From positions 1 through 64,000 of the IMG/VR virus record IMGVR_UViG_3300003653_000052: a DNA stretch of 64,000 nucleotides; one strand, 5' to 3'. The notes below the pieces were generated by a model. The model was given only the letters and a program-made list of their open reading frames with translations. It searched no databases and was not told where the DNA came from. The stretch comes from a virus. Below, piece by piece: positions 1-6,362 of this stretch (the first letter of the stretch is position 1; every line of letters starts with the position of its first letter). The position numbers and the translations under genes were made by a program.

Positions 1-2
1 GT

Positions 3-131
3 GGTTCCACTGATGAAGATTGTTGGTATGATGAAGAGATGTTATATGGAGAAGATGCCAAAGAAGAACTTGATTACTATGAGTATAATGCAGAATTAAT
101 AAAACGTAATAAAAATTCACTTAAATCTTAA
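3..131 (+). CDS. 3' end of a CDS cut by the window edge; hypothetical acidic protein
   Basis: Frame 3 is open from the first bases to TAA at 129-131 (..DEDCWYDEEMLYGEDAKEELDYYEYNAELIKRNKNSLKS*). It is absent from the ORF track because no start lies in the window. Confidence 0.4.
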   Translation, partial: GSTDEDCWYDEEMLYGEDAKEELDYYEYNAELIKRNKNSLKS

Positions 132-136
132 ATCAA

Positions 137-391
137 ATGAACCTATACAAATTAACTCAAGCAATTAATACTGATTATGATACATATGACTCTTGTGTAG
201 TAGCTTCTGAAAGTGAGTCTGATGCAGTGACAATTAGACCTGATAGACGTAATAATCAAGATGATTGGGAAGTGTATGAATGGGCCAGTGTTTGGGCTGA
301 TTACTCTACTGAAGTTAAATGTAAATTAATTGGTCAGGCTATTGAGGGTACTGTTAGAGGAGTTATAATATATTCTTTTAATGCAGGATAG
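137..391 (+). CDS. hypothetical early protein (84 aa)
   Basis: ORF track. It tiles with neighbouring + strand ORFs. The start sits in the shared context CTTAAATCAAATG. Confidence 0.6.
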   Translation: MNLYKLTQAINTDYDTYDSCVVASESESDAVTIRPDRRNNQDDWEVYEWASVWADYSTEVKCKLIGQAIEGTVRGVIIYSFNAG

Positions 392-442
392 TCTTTAGTA
401 GAATAACAACCAAGGCCACCACCTGATAATCAAGTAGTTACA

Positions 443-451
443 AACCCATCA
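443..451 (+). promoter_or_regulatory. early-region motif AACCCATCA (candidate phage promoter core)
   Basis: It lies 24 nt upstream of ATG 467. It is one of six copies, all on the + strand and all upstream of early ORFs. Confidence 0.45.
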
Positions 452-466
452 TTAATATTAATAACA

Positions 467-670
467 ATGACAAAAGAACTTTTTACTCCAACAGTTAGAC
501 ATACAAGTATATTTAATTCTATGTCTGATAAAGAAAAAAATGCCGCAGCTACTTGTGTTCAGTATTTAGGTTATTATGGTTGTATTCAATTTTTAATGTC
601 TATTACTGGTGGTAATAAAACAGAAAAAATGGCAAAATATATAGCCGATATTGGTCTTTATATGGTATAA
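467..670 (+). CDS. hypothetical early protein (67 aa)
   Basis: ORF track. The AACCCATCA motif lies 24 nt upstream of the ATG. Confidence 0.6.
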   Translation: MTKELFTPTVRHTSIFNSMSDKEKNAAATCVQYLGYYGCIQFLMSITGGNKTEKMAKYIADIGLYMV

Positions 671-718
671 AAGAAAAAGAATAATTTTTAATAGTTGAGA
701 GGATAAATTACTCTCTAT

Positions 719-727
719 AATCCATCA
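719..727 (+). promoter_or_regulatory. early-region motif AATCCATCA
   Basis: It lies 24 nt upstream of GTG 743 and is preceded by the hairpin at 697-715. Confidence 0.45.
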
Positions 728-742
728 TTAAATCTTAAAGCC

Positions 743-946
743 GTGAAAATAAGTAAATTAGACCCTTTAACAGGAAAGATAAACACCTTAACTCTTGACA
801 TTACTCAAGAACAGTATGATAACTGGTTCTATGGTATGTTAATACAAAAAGCAATGCCTCATTTATCTGCTGATGATAGAGAATTCTTAATAACAGGTCT
901 TATGCCTGAAAGTTTTGATAAATTACATGATATTGAAGAACCTTAA
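743..946 (+). CDS. hypothetical early protein (67 aa, GTG start)
   Basis: ORF track. The start codon at 743 is GTG. The AATCCATCA motif lies 24 nt upstream. Confidence 0.55.
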   Translation: MKISKLDPLTGKINTLTLDITQEQYDNWFYGMLIQKAMPHLSADDREFLITGLMPESFDKLHDIEEP

Positions 947-968
947 TTAATACTAAAACTTAAATCAA

Positions 969-1319
969 ATGAATATATTACACTTAATTCAATTAAAAAC
1001 GTCTATTATTGAAAGTTTAAATTTGGTTAATTATCAAATTAGAAACTATAAAGATGGTTTCAGCTATATTACTTGTTTAAGAGTATATGGTAGTATCCAA
1101 TATGATTCACATACTAATGAACAAACTGTTCAGGAATTATGTAATGAATATACTGGAGATAATGGTATTGTTGATGTTTATACAACAAATCCAGACCATT
1201 GTATTGGAACATATGATGGAGAAGTTGTTGTATTGTCTGAACAGGAATTAAAAGACTTATCTAAAGATAATGTATCAATGTCCAGAGCTATATCCAATAT
1301 GTATGCATTGATGATTTAA
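969..1319 (+). CDS. hypothetical early protein (116 aa)
   Basis: ORF track. Start context is CTTAAATCAAATG, identical to that of the ORF at 137. Confidence 0.6.
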   Translation: MNILHLIQLKTSIIESLNLVNYQIRNYKDGFSYITCLRVYGSIQYDSHTNEQTVQELCNEYTGDNGIVDVYTTNPDHCIGTYDGEVVVLSEQELKDLSKDNVSMSRAISNMYALMI

Positions 1320-1345
1320 AATAGTGAGGGCTGAAATGTCCTCTT

Positions 1346-1354
1346 AACCCATCA
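1346..1354 (+). promoter_or_regulatory. early-region motif AACCCATCA
   Basis: It lies 26 nt upstream of ATG 1372 and is preceded by the hairpin at 1326-1343. Confidence 0.45.
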
Positions 1355-1371
1355 CTAAATCAAATTATACC

Positions 1372-1620
1372 ATGACAAAACAAGAATTAAGTACCCGTAA
1401 GGCTGAAATTGAATCTATAATCAACAGCCTTCCATACATCTCAACAGTAGATAGTGATGGAGAAACAAATGAAGATAAGTACCAGGAGAAACTGGAGCAA
1501 AATGAGTATAAGGATGAATTATATCATGAGTTAGATGGTATAGATAATCTTCTTACTTCAGAAGAACAGTATCTTGAGTACCAAATGATAAATGCTCAAA
1601 GAGATGCTCAAAACAATTGA
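1372..1620 (+). CDS. hypothetical acidic early protein (82 aa)
   Basis: ORF track. The AACCCATCA motif lies 26 nt upstream. Confidence 0.6.
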   Translation: MTKQELSTRKAEIESIINSLPYISTVDSDGETNEDKYQEKLEQNEYKDELYHELDGIDNLLTSEEQYLEYQMINAQRDAQNN

Positions 1621-1649
1621 ATTAATAATGAGGGTTGAAACACTCTCTT

Positions 1650-1658
1650 AACCTATCA
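1650..1658 (+). promoter_or_regulatory. early-region motif AACCTATCA
   Basis: It lies 13 nt upstream of ATG 1663 and is preceded by the hairpin at 1630-1647. Confidence 0.45.
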
Positions 1659-1662
1659 CACA

Positions 1663-2049
1663 ATGAAACCATACATATTAATAGATAGAGTTCCTGTTCC
1701 ATCTACTTACGAGAACAGTGAATGGCAGAACTGGAACAATGATCACAACAATAAGAGAGTAGCTCTTACGGAGTTACCAAATGACATAGCAGTATCAACC
1801 GTATTTCTAGGACTTGACCACTCATTTGATTATGAAGAAGGTCATATTCCAGTATTGTTTGAAACAATGATATTTGGTGGAGAACATGACCAATATCAGG
1901 TTAGATATTCCACTTGGGATGATGCATTAAATGGTCATCAATTTGCTGTCAATTTAGCTCAAGGTGTAGATAATCCTCCATATGAAGAGAATGCAAAGTT
2001 AGATGAAGCTATTGATGACCATGAACCAGAACCTTATTCTGGAGAATAA
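1663..2049 (+). CDS. hypothetical protein (128 aa)
   Basis: ORF track. The AACCTATCA motif lies 13 nt upstream. A 12-bp stem-loop follows the stop codon. Confidence 0.65.
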   Translation: MKPYILIDRVPVPSTYENSEWQNWNNDHNNKRVALTELPNDIAVSTVFLGLDHSFDYEEGHIPVLFETMIFGGEHDQYQVRYSTWDDALNGHQFAVNLAQGVDNPPYEENAKLDEAIDDHEPEPYSGE

Positions 2050-2058
2050 AGATACAGT

Positions 2059-2088
2059 GATGCTCCGGGGTTATATCCCTGGGGCATC
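2059..2088 (+). terminator. 12-bp stem-loop after the ORF at 1663-2049
   Basis: GATGCTCCGGGG-TTATAT-CCCTGGGGCATC (two G:U pairs) is followed by TTATAGTT, a weak U-tract. Confidence 0.5.
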
Positions 2089-2745
2089 TTATAGTTAGCG
2101 TGTAGCCATACTGTTTGGTTGCGCTTTCAAATACAAACATAGTAGGCCGTAGTTTCTGGGTGTTCCTCTTAGAGGTGCTAGCACACATTGGAGACAGTGG
2201 ATAACTCTATGGGTTACTGTACACATGACTTATACCTTAGAGTCATTATTTAGTGTAAGAATAGTTGCGGTATAATAAGTGTTAAGTAAGGCGAAAATCT
2301 GAGAACATATAAAGACCTGCAAAAGATGGGAAACCAATTGAAGCAATTATTTCTTGCGCTTTATTTAAATAATCAAAAGGTTAATTACTACACCCTATCA
2401 AGGGTCTTTAATGTATAGTATAATGCTTTGTGCCTTAGCATACATTATTAATGTTATTAGGGAATACGTAAGTATTTACCACGCTGAGCTTGCTCAAATA
2501 ACAAGTAGTAGTAATTAACTGATTGGTTGTTTATTTATTAATATTTGTATCAGCTAGGCTGTGTCCATTCAATTGGTATATATGAACGAGCCAGACAGTA
2601 TGGAAGTAATGTTACTGGTTTATGGAGTATGTGTTATTTTTATAAGGATAGACTCTAAATCTAGACTATGTATTAGATACAAGCTCAATTAGGCGTTATT
2701 CCAGTCAACGTGAACCCAGAAGCACCTTTAGAAAGTGTGGAGGGT
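2089..2745 (+). ncRNA. candidate large structured RNA (ORF-free, G+C-enriched island A)
   Basis: No ORF of 60 aa or more lies on either strand. Hand counts give 43-45% G+C in lines 2101 and 2161, against about 22% in coding lines. A 13-bp long-range helix pairs 2106-2118 with 2591-2603 (one G:U, valid only on the + strand). There are many local hairpins, including a GUAA tetraloop hairpin at 2462-2477. Confidence 0.4.
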
Positions 2746-2786
2746 TTACAGACTTAAAATTAATTATTAATCTAATAACAAATCAA

Positions 2787-3026
2787 ATGACAAAACAGGA
2801 AATAAATGAATTAGCTAATACAAGCTACCATTCAGACATTGTGCCAAGAAATGAAACAGATGCTTATATATCGGCATTTAATGCAGGGTATAAAGCCGCA
2901 CAAAAAATACTTACTGAAGAACAATTAAGATTTATATACGATACAGGTGTTCATGCAAATATTGGAGAGCTTAATCATGATGTTGAATTTAAAAGAGTTA
3001 TAAATTTTATTAATAAAACAAAATGA
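2787..3026 (+). CDS. hypothetical protein (79 aa)
   Basis: ORF track. Start context is AAATCAAATG. Confidence 0.6.
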   Translation: MTKQEINELANTSYHSDIVPRNETDAYISAFNAGYKAAQKILTEEQLRFIYDTGVHANIGELNHDVEFKRVINFINKTK

Positions 3027-3211
3027 AAACTATAGCACTATTACTAACGGTGTCTACATTTACAAGTTGTATTTCTAATAAGCATTGGTCTAATAGCATT
3101 AAAAATTCAGATAACTCTGAATATGTTATAGAATGTGGATTCAATTTAGATAAACCTGTAAATAAGATAACACAAAAAGAATTTAATTTAAGATATTTAG
3201 TCATTAACTAA
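3023..3211 (+). CDS. small secreted or lipoprotein-like protein (62 aa)
   Basis: The N-terminus MKTIALLLTVSTFTSC has a signal-peptide-like hydrophobic run ending in Cys16 (lipobox-like). ATGA overlap with the upstream ORF. Confidence 0.55.
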   Translation: MKTIALLLTVSTFTSCISNKHWSNSIKNSDNSEYVIECGFNLDKPVNKITQKEFNLRYLVIN

Positions 3212-3223
3212 TAATTAGAACAA

Positions 3224-3403
3224 ATGAAAACTTATACAAAAGAAGAAGTTATTGAATTAATTAAATCTGCTATTTATAGTGATATTTATTACAGAAATAT
3301 AATAAATGATAGTAGTGATGAAAATGATCCCCATTGGGATGATATGGGAGCAATAATTGAAGAAGAAAATTTTAACAAATGGATTGAAGAAAATTTAAAA
3401 TAA
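3224..3403 (+). CDS. small hypothetical protein (59 aa), below the ORF-track cutoff
   Basis: Hand translation ATG 3224 to TAA 3401-3403 gives MKTYTKEEVIELIKSAIYSDIYYRNIINDSSDENDPHWDDMGAIIEEENFNKWIEENLK. It fills the gap between flanking ORFs. Confidence 0.45.
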   Translation: MKTYTKEEVIELIKSAIYSDIYYRNIINDSSDENDPHWDDMGAIIEEENFNKWIEENLK

Positions 3404-3411
3404 ACCTATCA
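3403..3411 (+). promoter_or_regulatory. early-region motif AACCTATCA
   Basis: It lies 57 nt upstream of ATG 3460. Confidence 0.4.
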
Positions 3412-3459
3412 CAAATTAACCTAAAGCTTAGCAGTAATAAGGAACTGCAACCAAAACCA

Positions 3460-4380
3460 ATGAAAAATTCACTATCAAACACAGGTCTAAGCTTATCACA
3501 AGCACAGTCAATCTCTAATTTATGTTACCAAAGAGGTACTGAAATCAATAACAATTTATCTGGTATTAACAATGCTACCAGAACTGTAAGGATTGGTACA
3601 GAGACCTTTGAGGAAACTGTTGGTAAACCAATGCCAACCAATGTAATAGTATTGTTATTAGAGAAATCTCAATTACATGCTACTCAAGCATTCTTAATGA
3701 CTAACATCAAAGCAAAGGATGAGATGATTAAGAGTATTCAACAGAGGGAATTCTCTTCTGATATTCAGGCTCCTGTTAGAGAACTTTTTGTTCATGCTAA
3801 TTTAAAGTCTAAAGTAGATGAAACTTGGGGTTGGTCACAACTTTCAGTTGCAGAAACTTGTGAGTTTTTAGAACAAGAAGCATTTTCTGCTCACGTGGGT
3901 CAGTTTATCCATAAAGATTCAATTCTTGATAAATTAAGAAGGCAACTTCCTAACATCAAGTCTTTGGAATGGATAACTATTAAAGATGGAGAGAAGACTC
4001 CGTTGATAATAAAGACTCATCATACCTCCGATCAACTTCTTGATTTGCATGAAGAGTTAGCTACATTACATAGAGGATATGAAATGCGGGTTAACTACTT
4101 CAAAGCCAAGGTTAAGAATTTGGTGACTGATCAAAATGCTAAAATTGCAAAAGAAAATGCAATAGAGCAGGATGAAGTCAATGGTAAAAACCTTCTTATC
4201 AATGTAGCTTACGAGAAAGCTATGAAAGAAGTTGATGGCATTGTCAGAAAACTTGTCCATGAGTTTGAAGTTATTAAAGAGCAGGATATTAGAGCTACAG
4301 CAGCTTTAAGAATATCTGTTGACCCACGGTTTCAGGAAACCGTTAATAGGTATTTAGCTAACCTAGACAAAGATGCTTAA
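3460..4380 (+). CDS. hypothetical protein (306 aa); apparently monocistronic early unit
   Basis: ORF track. The AACCTATCA motif lies 57 nt upstream and a strong intrinsic terminator follows immediately downstream. Confidence 0.75.
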   Translation: MKNSLSNTGLSLSQAQSISNLCYQRGTEINNNLSGINNATRTVRIGTETFEETVGKPMPTNVIVLLLEKSQLHATQAFLMTNIKAKDEMIKSIQQREFSSDIQAPVRELFVHANLKSKVDETWGWSQLSVAETCEFLEQEAFSAHVGQFIHKDSILDKLRRQLPNIKSLEWITIKDGEKTPLIIKTHHTSDQLLDLHEELATLHRGYEMRVNYFKAKVKNLVTDQNAKIAKENAIEQDEVNGKNLLINVAYEKAMKEVDGIVRKLVHEFEVIKEQDIRATAALRISVDPRFQETVNRYLANLDKDA

Positions 4381-4393
4381 ATAAATTGAGGGT

Positions 4394-4436
4394 ACCAGAG
4401 AAGATAGTCACAAGATGATTCTTCTCTGGTTTTATG
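4394..4436 (+). terminator. intrinsic terminator
   Basis: ACCAGAGAAGA..TCTTCTCTGGT forms an 11-bp stem followed by TTT. Confidence 0.75.
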
Positions 4437-4516
4437 CTTAATAATAGAGTCTTAACTAAAATAAATAACTTTCATTTGGATATGAAAAATCAGGTTCTTC
4501 ATGAACCAAAAAACCG

Positions 4517-4690
4517 CTTTCTCTACAAATTATTAAAACTTTTGTGTTGGGCCTTGAGCACCAATGTAGTACAGTTAATCTATCCTAAAAGATAGAACTG
4601 GACATACACATACTTTTAGTATGATACACACAACAAGATTTAGTTATTGTCATTGCCTTTGAAGTAGAGAAAGGTCTTTGTTTTTGATTT
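4517..4690 (+). ncRNA. candidate small structured RNA (island B)
   Basis: A perfect 10-bp closing helix pairs CTTTCTCTAC (4517-4526) with GTAGAGAAAG (4664-4673). It encloses the hairpins CTATC-CTAAAA-GATAG and CATAC-TTTTA-GTATG. A T-rich tract (GTCTTTGTTTTTGATTTT) follows. Confidence 0.35.
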
Positions 4691-4744
4691 TAGTTTTATT
4701 TTTATCTATATACTTTATTATTAAGTGACCTTAATTTTATTATT

Positions 4745-4753
4745 AACCCATCA
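4745..4753 (+). promoter_or_regulatory. early-region motif AACCCATCA
   Basis: It lies 24 nt upstream of ATG 4769. Confidence 0.45.
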
Positions 4754-4768
4754 TTAAAACATATTCTT

Positions 4769-5194
4769 ATGGAAACTAAAACATGTACTAAATGTAATGA
4801 AGAAAAATTTATATTAGCTTTTCGTTCTTGGGGTGATAAAAGATGGCCAAATCATATTAATATTGATAAAGATTGTAAATCTTGTCGTTATTTAGAACAT
4901 AGACTTTGGATAAAGAATAATTCTGATAAATATTATCAAAGTGCAATAACAAACTATAATAAATATAAAAATCGTTATATACAATATCGGAAAAAATATA
5001 AAGAAAAATATCGTAATAAAAATAAAGAACTATTAAATGATCAATATATTATATATTTATTATTAAGTAATTCAACATTAATAGTAAAAGATATTTCATT
5101 AGAATTAATTGCACTTAAAAGAAAAGAATTATTAACCAAACAAAAAATCAAAAATTATGAAAAAGAAAGTATTAACTCCAAAGAAAATTGTTAA
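4769..5194 (+). CDS. Zn-ribbon (CxxC..CxxC) basic protein, possibly nucleic-acid binding
   Basis: CTKC at the N-terminus and CKSC about 30 aa later. The C-terminal half is K/R/Y/N-rich. The AACCCATCA motif lies 24 nt upstream. Confidence 0.6.
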   Translation: METKTCTKCNEEKFILAFRSWGDKRWPNHINIDKDCKSCRYLEHRLWIKNNSDKYYQSAITNYNKYKNRYIQYRKKYKEKYRNKNKELLNDQYIIYLLLSNSTLIVKDISLELIALKRKELLTKQKIKNYEKESINSKENC

Positions 5195-5396
5195 AACACA
5201 GACAATAAGTGATATTATTAATGTAACTATGGATATGGGTGATCAAATGATTAATAAATTTGAAGAAAATAAAGATTTTAAATTATTAACATTAGGATTA
5301 CATAGTTATAAAACAGCTATATCAGCAAGTAGAGCACAATTAGTTTATAAAAAACTAACAGGAAAACCAAATATTATACCTTTTCTTGAAAGATGA
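5157..5396 (+). CDS. hypothetical protein (79 aa)
   Basis: ORF track. It overlaps the upstream ORF by 38 nt and is followed by a strong terminator. Confidence 0.5.
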   Translation: MKKKVLTPKKIVKTQTISDIINVTMDMGDQMINKFEENKDFKLLTLGLHSYKTAISASRAQLVYKKLTGKPNIIPFLER

Positions 5397-5429
5397 TAAA
5401 AAACTATCTTTACATCAAATATTATAATG

Positions 5430-5470
5430 ACCCCAAATACACTAATAATTTATTAGTGATTGGGGTTTTT
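5430..5470 (+). terminator. intrinsic terminator
   Basis: ACCCCAA-ATA-CACTAATAA TT TTATTAGTG-A-TTGGGGT forms a long bulged stem followed by TTTT. Confidence 0.8.
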
Positions 5471-5519
5471 AGAAAATGGTTTAAGTTTAAACTGTTTAAA
5501 TACATTAATCTTTAAAATC

Positions 5520-5678
5520 ATGGCAATATTTGTATTACTAGTACTTTGTTTATATGTAATATTAGGATTTATGATTATCATTGCACATGATCATGAAAAT
5601 ACGGATTCTATTGTGGTAGGAACATTTATAATAACAACCGGTGCATTAGCAATTATATTTGAATGTTTAAAATTATAA
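5520..5678 (+). CDS. small two-TM membrane protein (52 aa)
   Basis: The track ORF starts at TTG 5460, which lies inside the terminator stem. The in-frame ATG at 5520 gives MAIFVLLVLCLYVILGFMIII..GTFIITTGALAIIFECLKL with two hydrophobic segments. Confidence 0.5.
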   Translation: MAIFVLLVLCLYVILGFMIIIAHDHENTDSIVVGTFIITTGALAIIFECLKL

Positions 5679-5681
5679 TTT

Positions 5682-5942
5682 ATGAGCTATTATATAGACA
5701 AAGACTCTAAAGGAGTAACATTACCTTCAATGAATAAATTTAATCATTTGATTAAAGATGGAGCAATTGAAGTAAAAGCAGGTTTTCAAGATAATCTATT
5801 ATGTATTATAATTAATCCAACTGTTGGAGATGTTGTAGTATATGTACGTGATAAAGATGAATATAAAGATATTGTGGATATGATTATTCACTATAAAATA
5901 TGGTTAATTCATCCTGAACTTATAAAATCATTATCTTTGTAA
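5682..5942 (+). CDS. hypothetical protein (86 aa)
   Basis: ORF track. Confidence 0.6.
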   Translation: MSYYIDKDSKGVTLPSMNKFNHLIKDGAIEVKAGFQDNLLCIIINPTVGDVVVYVRDKDEYKDIVDMIIHYKIWLIHPELIKSLSL

Positions 5943-5949
5943 ATAATAT

Positions 5950-6335
5950 GGGGCCAACGGGTAAGCACCTTAAGTCTAATTAATAATAAGCAAGTAGAGC
6001 ATTGTCTATTAATGTGAGCTCTTTAAAACTAGTAGATACAAGAATAATTGGCAACAATGATTCAAGCCTTGGACTCGTTCAAGATGTTAAATTTGCAATG
6101 TCTCACAATTTACTCTCTGGAGTATATGTAGGCAATCCAGTTGGAGAACTGGAGCTTGTATAACATAGCAAAACCTCAAAAAACTATCTCTGAGTTATCT
6201 GAGTGCAAAGGTTTGTTAAAACCTTAAAAGATCAAAATAAATTAAATATTCTGTTTGTAGAAGATAATACATTCAAACTTGTAGAAATTTGTTAATTAAC
6301 TTAGGGCAACGAGGGTTCAACTCCCTCTGGCTCCA
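5950..6335 (+). ncRNA. ssrA: tmRNA-like gene (transfer-messenger RNA), about 386 nt
   Basis: The 5' end GGGGCCA (5950-5956) pairs with TGGCTCC (6328-6334) as a 7-bp acceptor stem with G3:U70. The T arm is GAGGG-TTCAACT-CCCTC (6311-6327) and the discriminator is A6335. A long bulged P2 helix forms between GCACCTTAAGTCTAATTAA (5965-5983) and TTAATTAACTTAGGGC (6292-6307). An H-type pseudoknot pairs 5996-6000 with 6018-6022 and 6002-6008 with 6033-6041. It ends 8 nt before an open 37-codon frame (6050-6160, stop 6161-6163). Length and topology match bacterial tmRNA. Confidence 0.78.
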
Positions 6336-6339
6336 CTAA

Positions 6340-6362
6340 ATAACTGATAATTAATCAGTTAT
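6340..6362 (+). terminator. 9-bp hairpin immediately 3' of the tmRNA-like gene
   Basis: ATAACTGAT-AATTA-ATCAGTTAT. There is no U-tract, so it may be a processing or termination signal. Confidence 0.4.

Noticed and set aside
2152-2723. A second long-range pairing in island A, GTTTCTGGGT (2152-2161) with ACCCAGAAGC (2714-2723), 10 bp with one G:U.
   Set aside because: It crosses the 13-bp helix, so it would need a pseudoknot. By my rough estimate a 10-bp match with a wobble is expected about once by chance in a region this size.
2089-2745. Island A as protein-coding under a TAG-reassigned code. One frame starting at 2089 has six TAG codons and no other stop in about 60 codons.
   Set aside because: The frame then hits TAA and TGA, and the conceptual product is Cys-rich and unlike any protein here. 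All clearly coding genes in the window, including 20 kb of late genes, are intact in the standard code. No suppressor-type anticodon loop could be found in the tRNA-like genes.
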